A stretch of 63,270 bases of DNA, filler included, from Collodictyon triciliatum (taxonomy: Eukaryota), in assembly GCA_043381765.1 (NCBI GenBank). It is 21 parts of 21 records of this genome, joined end to end, with 100 filler letters (N's around TTAATTAATTAA, not from the genome) between each part and the next. Parts side by side here need not be neighbours in the genome. Positions count along the whole stretch, not along the records: positions 33,252 to 36,168 come from JBHJMP010008073.1; positions 36,269 to 39,183 come from JBHJMP010008074.1; positions 39,284 to 42,196 come from JBHJMP010008075.1; positions 42,297 to 45,208 come from JBHJMP010008076.1; positions 45,309 to 48,220 come from JBHJMP010008077.1; positions 48,321 to 51,231 come from JBHJMP010008078.1; 15 more parts are not named here. One strand, 5' to 3'. The notes beneath the pieces are model-generated. The model worked only from the letters and a program-made list of their open reading frames with translations. It was not told where the DNA came from and ran no database searches. Position 1 is the stretch's first letter. Each line of letters begins with the position of its first letter. Of the stretch, positions 34,303-48,477 are shown one piece after another. The translations under genes and the position numbers were made by a program.

Positions 34303-35691
34303 TAAATGACAAATTAACTATGAGAAACATATCAAAAAAGATGAAGGCCACGCGGGTATCTCATAAAATCTAATATATTGTACTAATTTGTTTTAGACTT
34401 TACATTCACATCATTTTCTTTCCAACTTCTTAAACCAAGCCGAATTGAAGAAAACATCGGCAAACCAAATCGCACCTTCACAAGACGGTGCTAATGTCAT
34501 GGATTCCCAAGATATAAAGGCAGATGCTGCCTCACTGCATCTAAAACGCCAAACAAGAAAGATGAAATCAAAATTGAAGGCGACGTTATCGAAATTGGAG
34601 GATGAAGAGAAGTTCTACTTGAGCCTTGCATCGGATACAAAGGATACCGAAACAGTTGCAAAGCCATCAAACCGCAAGGTATTTCCTCTGAAAGTATTCA
34701 TAGGTTCCACCCAGAAGATATGGAATCATATCGCACATGGATATATTCCCTCTTCTTTTATACGTACATGTTGTTCAAGCCTTCAGACTGTTGTTTATGG
34801 ATTTGCTAGTCCAGCATTTTTGTCACAATGTGATTTCATTTCATTTGTGATATAGTCAAAGCTGAACGATTTGAATGATTTCGTGGATGAATACAAACCA
34901 GAACCTGCCAAACATAATCCTCTGCATCGCTACATAAACGCAGCCGCCCAGGTTTGGCCCATACCTCATTCAGTATCTTATGCTCTTTCAGAGCACTGGG
35001 AGTTCGTTCATCATGCTATTTTTTGAACTCACAACATGATTTGGACCAGCACCACTTTTCTAAAAGCACACTCGTTTGCATTTAAAACGGAGAAGGACAA
35101 GAAACCCATTTCGCAGGATGCTGATGTCCCCATCAACGAGCCGAAGGTAAAGAAGCCTGCTGGAGCCTCGACCAACGCATCCAAAGAAAAAGACTCTACA
35201 ATATTTGGTGGAGCTGCTGGGGATGAGGATGTCATTAACCAAGGAAAAGCACAGGAAGTGAAGTCCAAGACAAAAGCAGCAAAGCCGCCGTAAACAGAAT
35301 CAAAAAAAAAAATAGTCATACATCCACATCTCAGACCCCCATATCTTTTTCCCTCCTCATTCAATTGTCCGTAATTCTGCTCTATCTGCGTCTCCACTAC
35401 TAACGCCCCGGAAACGCTCTCTGGCTCTGCAGGAAACCGGTTCTCAACCCACCAGTCGAAGACGGCCAGAAGCGCCAGGCGTCCAAGCATATCGTGGTGA
35501 ATCGCGGTCTTGTGCGCCAACGCAAGAAGGCAAACAAAAACTCGCGCGTCAAGTTCAGAAACAAATACAGCAAGGCTGTAACAAAGAGTCGCTCTTACTC
35601 GAAGCAGTTCTCTTCACAGCCCATTGTATACGGAGGAGAACGCACAGGAATCCGCACAAACGTCACACACAGCATCAAGATAAAGTCGTGA
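33472..35691 (+). CDS. UTP3: UTP3/SAS10 small-subunit processome factor, 3' part, multi-exon
   Basis: EEKLQILLTESPELFEFLEDYK; ISYYLLMKSSGSAVKDHSIIDQLVRLR (Sas10/Utp3 domain); C-terminal NRGLVRQRKKANKNSRVKFRNKYSKA..YGGERTGIRTNVTHSIKIKS* (Sas10_C). Confidence 0.93.
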
Positions 35692-36334
35692 GGAGCAAAC
35701 CGCCGCGTCTTTTGCACGCTAATAAATGCGCAATCATGCCTATTATGGGGGATATCGAGGCGAGTCGGCTCCACGTCATCATTTATCTGTCGCCGTGACC
35801 AAGAACGAAGAACTGGACTCGCACTCCTTTTTTTTGCTTTTTCTCTTGTTTTCTCGTTTTCATTTTTCTCAACTTTCCTCTCTTTACTTTCGTTCTCCTT
35901 TTTCTTATGTTTTTCTTCTTTTTTCTTCTCTTTTCTTTTTTTCTCTTTTCTATTATTTTCCTTTTTCTTTTTCTTTCTTTTTCTTTTTCTTTCTTTTTCT
36001 TTTTCTTTCTTTTTCTTTTTCTTTCTTTTTCTTTTTCTTTCTTTTTCTTTTTCTTTCTTTTTCTTTCTTTTTCTTTCTTTTTCTTTTTCTTTCTTTTACT
36101 TCCATTCCTTTTTTTCTCTTTTTTTTCTCTTTTTTTTCTCTTTTTTTTTTCTTTTTTTTCTTTTTTTTNNNNNNNNNNNNNNNNNNNNNNNNNNNNNNNN
36201 NNNNNNNNNNNNTTAATTAATTAANNNNNNNNNNNNNNNNNNNNNNNNNNNNNNNNNNNNNNNNNNNNGGAAAAAAAAAGGGGTGTGGGGGTTTGGGTGT
36301 GGGTTTTTTTTTTTTTTTTTTTTTCTCTTTAAAT

Positions 36335-36373
<39 letters not shown>

Positions 36374-37187
36374 AATTTCGTGTAAATAGAGGAATGGTGG
36401 GGATTGCAAAAGAAGAAGGAAAACATAAAATCGGACTTTCCCTGGGGTAGAAAATAAAAACTTGGGATAGAGGGACAGGAGAAGTGAGCATGAATTCATT
36501 TGCTCGATTGGGTAAGAAAGATGTAATGGAAGGAAAGATAGGAAGGGAGAAAAAAAAAAAAGGAAGAAAGGGAGGGAAAAAAAAAAAGAAGAGAGAAACG
36601 CATTGAAAAGCGAGACAGCCGCGAGGAGATTGCACCTGAATCGGCATTACTGCTGTTACGCGTTGTGGAGATGAGTGAGTACGTTAGTGACAACCCTAAC
36701 CCTAACCCAATTGCAAATAGAGCTTTAAAACATATGGCATTACTTCTGGTATAGTGTGTGGGTGAGATATAGGAGGGAGCTTGGGGCTTATGTCCACCGA
36801 AGTTTGCATTTGGTCTGGGTTTTAACCTCGTAGGTTATAATTCAGCACATCCTATTCTTTATCTTCTTTTTTTTTTTTTGTTTTCTTTTTACACTGTCAA
36901 CCTCCTAGGGCATATATGTCCCAAGCTACCGAACACCGAATGAATTGTTTAGGTCGTTGATATGCTAATTTTTTGTGCTGTGTTCTCTCATTCATAGTTC
37001 CTTCTTCACTCCCTCCCCGTTCCTTGGATTAATCTCGTTTTGTCATTCTTTTTGAATATTTTTTTGGTAGCCTCCGTGTGATGTAGTTTTAAAATACGAA
37101 AGATAAAAAGAGTTTTGAGCCAAGCCTTCGAATCGAGCTATAGATACACAGGGAAAAAAAGGCTTAGTGAGACTTGAAATGATTTGG

Positions 37188-38993
<1,806 letters not shown>

Positions 38994-39401
38994 CTACGAA
39001 CATGAAGTGATGGTTTTTCATTAGTGCTATTGCCCATCTCATGATCAAAAATTTATTAGATTATTACATCGGTGACTCGTTACTACATACATACATACAT
39101 ACATACATACATACATACATACATACATACATACATACATACATACATACATACATACATACATACATACATACATACATACANNNNNNNNNNNNNNNNN
39201 NNNNNNNNNNNNNNNNNNNNNNNNNNNTTAATTAATTAANNNNNNNNNNNNNNNNNNNNNNNNNNNNNNNNNNNNNNNNNNNNTTTTTTTGTTTTTTGTT
39301 TTTTGTTTTTTGTTTTTTGTTTTTTGTTTTTTGTTTTTTGTTTTTTGTTTTTTGTTTTTTGTTTTTTGTTTTTTTCTTCAGCTAACCGCAAGTACTTCAG
39401 G

Positions 39402-42001
39402 ATGGCAGACTCGTCGGCAGGAATGGCCGATCTTCATTTTAAAATGAGCAAAAAGATTGCACAGTTGACAAAAGTGATATACCAGCTCAATACAAAGAAT
39501 GACGATCACGAATATGAGCTCCAGGAGCTTTCTGATGCGTACGAAAGAGAGATCGACGAGGTGCTAAAAAAAAACACACTTTTGCACAAACCTTTCTTTC
39601 TTATCTCTTGAATCAATGGTATCCCTATATTATTATTTAAAAAAAATCGTTCGTATTATTTTATGTCTCCTTTATCTTTCTGCATTTTATGATTTTGCAG
39701 CCATACATACTTTTTAAGTCCATTCGTCTTTGCTGGAATTAACATCGCAGCAGGAGTCAGATCCCGTGCGTTTATGGTTAATTTTTTTTTAAAAAAAAAA
39801 AATAAATAAATAAAATAGATTATGAAAGACGCGCACAAGAAAGTAAACGATTTTCGTAAGCAACTGGAGTCGAAGAAGGATGAATCTCGTATCCAAGAGG
39901 CCATACAGGTAGGACTATTTTACTCCACAATATTTGTAAGGTAGCCTTGGTTCCTCCTTTCCACTTAATGACAACAATTTTTAAACCTCCTTCTTCACTT
40001 GGATCGAATAAAGGAAAAAAAAAACAATGACGTTTTTTAATTAGAGTATGACCAGAAAACACGAAGAGGAGAAAAAACAGGCCTTTGCTGAATTTGAAAA
40101 ATTCAAGGCTAAAGTAAAGGAAAGGGAAGAGACCATCACATCACAAGCCCAGGCAACCATCTTGACAATCACAAGGTTTAAATCATAATGTAGAAGGTGT
40201 CGCTAACATATCCGTTGCTCCTATCCCAAAAAATACATTACTGATTTCATAATGATTCCCGAAAATCTTACCAGAGAGCTCGAAGAAACAAAAGCACAGT
40301 TTTCAGAAAAAGTACATGCATTCTCTGAGTTTATGAAGATTCAAGAGAAAGACAAGTATTTTACTATATATCCTTTTACAAATATCGCTTCTTTTTTTAT
40401 CTTTTAACGTGCATCTTTACTTTCCTTTAGGTTTAAAAGTCTTTTATGGAATCTTTGTTATAAAATTAAAATATGTTTCTGCTAATTTCATCCTTTGTTC
40501 CTTTTATTCTTGTCTGTCATAGAGAACAATCAGAAGAGACTAAAAAAGCTGTCAAGGCAGAGGTGGCTGAAGTAGTCCGTAATTACAACAAGATGTACAA
40601 TGACATGCTGACAGAACAGCTAAACATCCAAGAGCAGCTTAAAGCAAAGCACGCTGATGAACTGGCGAAGGCAAGAACTCGATATGAACTATTTTCTCGT
40701 ATTTAAGTGATTTAAACCTAAATGTGTAAATATAAGAAACATATTCCTCTTTCTCGCTACACTTATTCTAAATTATCTTCTACTATTTGGGAAAATAACT
40801 TTCAGCTGCGCAGTGAATTGGAAAATGAATATGTTCGTCGCGTTTCAGAGATACAGTTGGCTGATTCTGAAAAGCTTCGTCTGGCGCTGGCCGAAGAAGC
40901 GGCAAAGCTTGATTTAATGAGAAAAGAGATGAATGCTCAGATGAACACAGAATTGGATAAGGTATACCCACGAAAACTACATGAATCTAATTTTGATTAA
41001 AATTTTTGCAGTCATATGTTTTATCAAGCGTGTGGAATTTGAAACTGGTCTGTGTGTATGTGTCGCAGTAAACATACAATATATCCAGATGAGAGAGCGA
41101 GAGCAAGGATTTAATTCGAAATTAGGCCAGCTAATTAAGGAAATGGATGACTTGAAAGTCCAAATCAAACAGTAATCATATCATACATGTTCCTTTCAAA
41201 ATATATGTGCGGGGTAAGATGTAAAAGCTTCTATTGGTTATCCTTTCTCATGTAGGAAAGATACAGAACTTTCATCTTTGAGGGGTCAACTGTCACAGAT
41301 CCAATCCTCTTCAGCGAGTACAGCTGGTGAACTCCAGCAAATGGTTGTGCGTCTGAACGGAGAAGTTGCGGTATAGTCCCTCATAGCCATGCATAGTGAT
41401 GTCAAGAAAAATATTATGTGGTTTTGTTTTGCATAGAGTATGTATAATCCCTGATTTTTTGTTCAAAAATAAAGCATCTCAAAGATGAAGTAGAGACTTA
41501 CAAAAACCTGCTCCATGAAAAAAATACCAAATTCGAGGAACAACAGATGACTATAGGCAAATTAGGTGAATTTTATATGATAGTCTGCTGTAATATCGTA
41601 TACAAAGCGCCGAAGAGCGGTTGTTAACCAAAATAATTATCCATAGAGAGCGATATGAAGTTAAGTCAATCCCAGATACTGCAGCTAACTAGCACAATAT
41701 CAACACGCGACTCGACCATTACGGAGGCAGAAAAGCGAGTGCAAGAATTAAGCAGAGAAATATCAAACCTTCAAAAGTTTGTCCCTTAATATTAAAATGA
41801 ATATATTGGTGTCAATGTTTTGCAGTCTTTTTCTACCGATTCTTGTGTACCTACCTCTCTTTTCATCAAAATTCAGTGAGCTTGCAAGTTCAAGTCGTCG
41901 GTCAGATGACCTTGATTCTCTTCGAACAGAGCTCCTGCGAAAAAACTCTCAACTGCAGCAAGAGATTGAGGCTTTGAAGCAAAAATATGAATCGGAAATA
42001 G
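39402..42001 (+). CDS. FAM184: FAM184-family coiled-coil protein, 5' part, 11 exons
   Basis: LHFKMSKKIAQLTKVIYQLNTKNDDHE..AYEREI is the FAM184 N-terminal signature. All following exons splice in frame as coiled coil. Confidence 0.9.
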
Positions 42002-42340
42002 GTGTCTATTCGCCATATTTTATCTCTTATTTTATCTCTTATTTTATCTCTTATTTTATCTCTTATTTTATCTCTTATTTTATCTCTTATTTTATCTCTT
42101 ATTTTATCTCTTATTTTATCTCTTATTTTATCTCTTATTTTATCTCTTATTTTATCTCTTATTTTATCTCTTATTTTATCTCTTATTTTATCTCTTNNNN
42201 NNNNNNNNNNNNNNNNNNNNNNNNNNNNNNNNNNNNNNNNTTAATTAATTAANNNNNNNNNNNNNNNNNNNNNNNNNNNNNNNNNNNNNNNNNNNNAAGA
42301 AAGAAAATAAGAAAATAAGAAAATAAGAAAATAAGAAAAT

Positions 42341-42436
<96 letters not shown>

Positions 42437-42453
42437 AAAAGAGGTATTGATAC

Positions 42454-44831
42454 ATATTGTTTTGGCCATGGTAAATAAATTTACGTGGTCGTTTTTTAAA
42501 TACTCGATCAGTGCGTCAAAGCATTCTCCTTCTTTGAGTTGGTAGCAAATCTCAGCAATCAATTCGATATCTACGTCCGCAGTATCAGCATATTGTCCAT
42601 AAAGCCACATTCCATACTCCTTGTGCACCAGAGGTTTATCTTCAGGCTGGTTGAAAAAGTATTGTTCTATCGTATCTAACAGCAAGCGATGGAAGTACAT
42701 GTACCTTTTATTATATAAATAAAATCACAGTTATCTTTATTACAACAGAGGCATCATCATAATGATTAATGAGGAAGTATAAAAAAAATATGAAAATCCC
42801 ATGTAAGGAATCCGAAAGAGGGTAAAGAAGGGGATTTACCTCCCATTTCGAACAAAAAGGGACTCCAACAGAGTGAAAAAGAATGCTTTCCTAGACATTT
42901 TTATATGTTTATTTATTCTTTCAATGCAAACATGATTCAAGGGGAAACAAAATTCAAAGAGACCATCCTGATTATTTATTAAACAACACCATTCTGAAAT
43001 ATTGAAGAACTTTCCCACGTGGTCTTCTATATACTTATCCAAGTCACTTTCGCTGAGGCCGATTCGTGATATAAACAATACCTTCATCGATCTCTCGACA
43101 ATTTGAGCTCCTATGGTATTTAATCAGGTCTGAAACCTTGACTTTGGATCGAAAAAGGAAAAAGTTTGAAATCTTGTGGAGGTTACAGTCGTATAGTATA
43201 TCAGGTGTTATTGTCTAATGTTCGCGCAAACCTTCTGTATTATATTTGGCCTCCCATCTTTTGATAATAAGGTGGTACAAATCCATGACCCCCTTTGTAT
43301 TTAGCAGTTCTTCTAGTTCGATCGATAATTTTTCGTAGACACCAAAAACACGAATCTCATCAAGAACTAGTCTCAAGTAGAGGGGATGTCCTAAAGATGA
43401 CCAAAAGAAACATGGTATAGTCAGTGCAATTATAGAGTATACATGGAAACAAAGAACAATAAAATGAGGTGGAAGAAAAAGCTCTGCAAAGTAAAAATAA
43501 GTATAAAATGCAAAGGTGCCAGCAATTCACGTGACATTCAAGAAAAGTACATATGTGATCAAATTGCAGTGAGCTAACCAGTATCTTGGTCATCATCCAG
43601 GATCATTTTTACTTGCAGTTCGTTCAGCTTTTTATCGTACCTGTCAAGATATGATAGCGAACCTTGTAGAATTTCGTTTCTCGTCAATTGACTAACGGGG
43701 ATAGTCCCTAAGCTGCAGTCTAGTAATACCTATAAAGTTTGTAACAGGCACGAAGACATTATTTCAAAATCATTCAATAACACTCAAGTTAATGTTTCCC
43801 CATGAATGTAAATCAAGTTGAAAAACCTGACAAGCTTGATGGTTTTCTACGGTAGAGACAATTATAGCAACATTTTTCGGTGTCTTTTTTGGTAACCAGT
43901 GTAGAAGATGAGGTGCAGGTGTCTCATGTGATGGATGTATTTGGTTTATTCCATCGATCAAGAATACATACTTGTATTTTCTGCAAAAATCAATCCGTAG
44001 GCAAGAGATACAACAAATTGAAAATAAGATATTGTACAACATTGGTACATCGATGTTTTTAAAAAACAGTAATATTTTTCATCCTACGAAGGAGTCTTGT
44101 TTTCTCTCAATAAACTGTTAAAAAGAAACCAAAAAAAAGCATACGAAGGAGTCGATCCAAGGATATTGATAATGTCAGTTAATGTTCTTTGTTGCGGTTC
44201 AAGCCCTATAAATGATTTAACCATTCATGATTTTGGTGATTTTTTCTGGACGTATGTGTTGGGAAATATTGCTTTTTATATAACCTGCAGAGCTGATTCC
44301 TTCATGTTCATGAGAGCTTACGATCTTCCAGAAGCGAATATGAATACTATGGACACCGTTACCTGCTTTGAGTACATGAAAGAACATTTTCTACCAGCTA
44401 TTAAAGTCATCATTCAATCAGAATAGCTTTACCTTTCGACGTAGTTGCTTAGATTTGTGCACCCAACAAAATGATAAACAACTTTTATATGCTCTCTATC
44501 TAGAATATCCAGAGCTCGCACACACGCGGCCATTAGAGATGATTTTCCAATACCAGATTCAGCAGCAACGATGGTTATTTGTTCATCATTTTTTTCTAGT
44601 TGGCTCATCACCTAATTTTAATAATATTTACTAAGCTGAGTGTTATTATAGCTTCTTTTTTTTTTAAAAAAAAATGTCTTGGTTCATAAGGAATGGTTAA
44701 TGTCTAGAAATAATGAACACGTCCATTACATGTCCCTTGATTTTAATGAGTAACTCTATTCTTCCACAAAAGCCAGTCAACCGATGAAGCAAAAATTGGT
44801 GTTGAGCTCGTTCTTCAGTATCATCGATTGA
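42454..44831 (-). CDS. NACHT NTPase of the TEP1/NPHP3/TTC41 type, internal multi-exon fragment
   Basis: FCGRIELL; Walker A AESGIGKSSLMA; YHFVGCT; Walker B VFLIDGINQI; WLPKKTPKNVAIIVST; YDKKL; GHPLYLRLVLDEIRVFGVYEKL; GLSESDL; YFHRLL. Confidence 0.88.
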
Positions 44832-44916
44832 CTACAAGCAGATATCAAGAAAACAAATGACGAAATATGAGCTGAAATGCAAAATAATACATAAGTAACG
44901 AGTCTTGGTCTATGGA

Positions 44917-44988
<72 letters not shown>

Positions 44989-45162
44989 AAAGAAAGAAAA
45001 GAAAGAAAGAAAAGAAAGAAAGAAAAGAAAGAAAGAAAGAAAAGAAAGAAAAGAAAGAAAGAAAGAAAAGAAAGAAAAGAAAAGAAAAGAAAGAAAAGAA
45101 AGAAAGAAAGAAAAGAAAAGAAAAGAAAAGAAAAGAAAAGAAAAGAAAAGAAAAGAAAAGAA

Positions 45163-45206
<44 letters not shown>

Positions 45207-45904
45207 AANNNNNNNNNNNNNNNNNNNNNNNNNNNNNNNNNNNNNNNNNNNNTTAATTAATTAANNNNNNNNNNNNNNNNNNNNNNNNNNNNNNNNNNNN
45301 NNNNNNNNAGGCTCGACAGAAGAGGGGGAAGATGAAAAGGACGGGCACCGAGTCTGAGCGAAGGAAATTGTGTATCTGCTGGACTTTCTGCTGCCTTTCC
45401 CGTTCTTCGTGGTTGGCGGTTTCTGCAGGATGTTTTGCCTTCTTTCTCTGCTGGAGTCGCGCGTTCTTTCCTCGCTTCATTGTGCAGCCGAGATTCTTTC
45501 TTTAGGTTTGATCGCTTCCACTCTTTGTGCATAAGCAACAGTAATAGACATAGCGCCATTAAATTTCAACCCTGTATGTGGATATTGTGACTTTAAAATA
45601 TATATTGCGTTAGCATATTTCATTTTGATACAATAATCTCATTTGTAGAAATTCATATCAACTTCGTGACATATATATTATAATTTCCATAATAGTAAAA
45701 TTGACATTATACAAAACGGATTTGGATACAGATTGACATGTCACGTCATTTCCTGTCTCGGCGCAGGTTGAAAAAATTACAAACGCGCAAGACAGTATAA
45801 CAAACTCGCAAACGTAGAACAGAGCAGCTCGTGTTTCTTCTTCCAGCGGGTTGCAAATACAAAGGGAGTCCAGAAGGCTTCATTTATTTGTCTGGCTCGT
45901 AGGC

Positions 45905-48220
45905 ATGGTCTTTGCGTTTTGCAGCGCCTGGCAGGTTGCGTTTCTCGTTGCCGTTTGGGCGTCGCTCCTGTGTACATCTCTTGGTGCTTCACTGGGAAGT
46001 TTGTCTTTTTTTCTTTTTATTATCTCGCGGTTTATCTATTTTAATTTTTATACTACGTTCCTTCTTTTTGTTTTATTCTAATTTAATTCGATTTTTCTTT
46101 AATTAATATGAGCACCTTAGTCTTTTGATAGGCAAATATTCTCCCCTTACAACCATACAACAGCACGCAGCATCTTTTAACTTTTCTCTTTTGCACGTAT
46201 TGTCACACAATCTGATGACTGAAAGATTGGACTTATGCATCGATGGACCCAATAACCACCCAGAGCACATCCGTTGTTTCTAGAGGAGAGCTCGTTTATT
46301 TCCTTGGAGATGAGTAAGAATAAGAATCTGAATCACAACAATTTTCTGACAAGTGTGTTGCTTCCCTTATGTTATTTTTTTTTATTTTTTTACTCTTTCT
46401 ATAAAATATGTAATACTTAATCATAAACAGAGGAAGTGGGGAATACATGCCCAGCAGACCAATCTTTGATCGCGTTTGGATTCTCAATTCGAGTGAGTAC
46501 AGACTAATATATTTTTATTTTCAAGATAAAATGTATCAACATGCGCATGAAAATTTGTAGCAAATCTGTATTGGTCATGGGCTTTTTCAAAGGGTGAAAT
46601 TCCTGAAAGAAGAATAAGCTATTGCACTGTCCTAGTTGATAATAAGGTTTGTATAGGACATAGTATGACCTCTCATTTCGAACTACTATCAATAAATTCA
46701 AATATGCTATTTTACGACAAAATAATTTTACCAAAAGATGTACCTTTACGGAGGGACGTCATGGAAAGGCTTGGTTAATTTGAATGATATGTACTCGCTC
46801 GATTTGAATTCTTTATGGTGGGAGCAAATTATATATTCGAAATCTTCAAGTGCCCCAAAGCCTGCAAGTGATATTGCCTGCATATATTACAACCAAAAGA
46901 TTTACGTTTTTGGCGGAAGTAACGGCTACACAGAGTATAACTTTTGGTACTACAACTTAGGTATCCTTAATATACTGCAATATTACATCTCTGCAATTCA
47001 TGACCCTCATTTTTTTTTTATTAATTTCTTTTTTTCTTTTTCTTCTTGTAAATGCACACAGAGACTCAAATTTGGTTTAGCTTTATATCGGCACTTACTT
47101 CAACCAACGTCAACCAAGCTTTATTAGCCTATTCTCAAATGGGGCTGTATGATGGTCATTTAGTCTTTTTCAGTGGTATAAATGCTTACGATGAATTTCA
47201 ATCGAAGTACTGGACATTTAACCTGAGTAAATAGCTTTTATTATTGTGCATTTATATGTTCGCTTCATTCTTATATCAATAACGGACGTACTGCTCTATT
47301 ATTTTAACCATGTAATAATTTATATAAAGACAGTTTTTTCATTTTAAATTTGATTTTTTGAAGCGAATCACGAATGGAATCCACCCGAAGAAATTGGCTC
47401 GATACCTTTTTTCTTCGCAGCCCCGATAATCTACCATGACAAAATGTTTTCCTTTAGCGGCTCTTTGGATAGTGGAACTTTACTGCTCATAAATAACATG
47501 ACAGTTTTGGATTTAAGTAAATATATATATCACTTTTTTTAGTTACAAAAATATCATAGAATATTCCACCATCACATGAGTTAATTCAAATAATTTAGTA
47601 TCGTAGAGAATAAATATCCCTGAACTATTCATAGAATCAAAATCAGTTATCACCACAAGTTTCCCAGAGCCGAATTACCTAAAGACCTACCCGATTGTGG
47701 CTCCATCTCCTAGAAGCAATGCCGCATTCACCAAGGTTAACAATAGACTGATTTATCTCACAGGATGTGGGCCATCATCTAGACTAAATGACGTTTGGGT
47801 TTACGACACCGGTGCTCATTCATAACTTTATTTTTGTTGATAAATTGCCAAATATTCATATTTTGAATGGATAATCCCATAATGCATAATTTTTATTTTT
47901 AGAAACATCAAAATGGATTGACAGCAGCTTGTCTCGATATCCGCTGGGTCGCTTCAATCCTCATTTAGCTTCGATAAACAAGGACATGATAGCCATGTTT
48001 GGTGGAGAAACAAATCAAAATATTAAATTACCTATAAATGATTTGTGGATTTTACATGCAGGTAATTTTATTCCTCTGAAAAATATGCTATATGTTTTAT
48101 GCTCTTCACTTCTCTGTGTCCATTGTCCGATATTTTTACATATTAGGTAAGGAGGAATCGAAATGGGAGAGAATTGTTGCAGAGTCTGTGTGCCTCCCCT
48201 CTCAAGGAGATTGTGCACCA
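45905..48220 (+). CDS. Signal-peptide Kelch-repeat beta-propeller protein, 5' part, multi-exon
   Basis: Hydrophobic leader MVFAFCSAWQVAFLVAVWASLLCTSL; Kelch motifs MYLYGG..LNDMYSLDL..WEQ, KIYVFGG, PSPRSNAAF..RLNDVWVYDT, MIAMFGG..INDLWIL. Confidence 0.8.
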
Positions 48221-48320
48221 NNNNNNNNNNNNNNNNNNNNNNNNNNNNNNNNNNNNNNNNNNNNTTAATTAATTAANNNNNNNNNNNNNNNNNNNNNNNN
48301 NNNNNNNNNNNNNNNNNNNN

Positions 48321-48445
48321 CCGGATGCTCGATTCAAATCTGAATATGCGTCGTCCAATCGTTTGAGTTTTTGTAATGCGCCTTCTGTATGTCTTGTTAG
48401 AAATCGACCGACACCTCTTGCACCTTTTCGAACGTCTACAATCAT
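48321..48445 (-). CDS. 5' end of an ORF divergent from 48478, unknown product
   Basis: ATG at 48445, MIVDVRKGARGVGRFLTRHTEGALQKLKRLDDAYSDLNRAS, open to the contig edge and only 32 bp from the opposite ATG. Confidence 0.4.
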
Positions 48446-48477
48446 ATTATGGCCAAGAAAATTATATATTCTAAAGT

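Noticed and set aside
36693-36708. AACCCTAACCCTAACCC telomere-like motif
   Set aside because: Only about 2.5 units and internal; at most a telo-box or a chance match.
44917-45208. Poly-K/R/E, poly-F, poly-Y and poly-T ORFs in the ORF track, here and at most contig ends
   Set aside because: They are translations of microsatellites and N runs.
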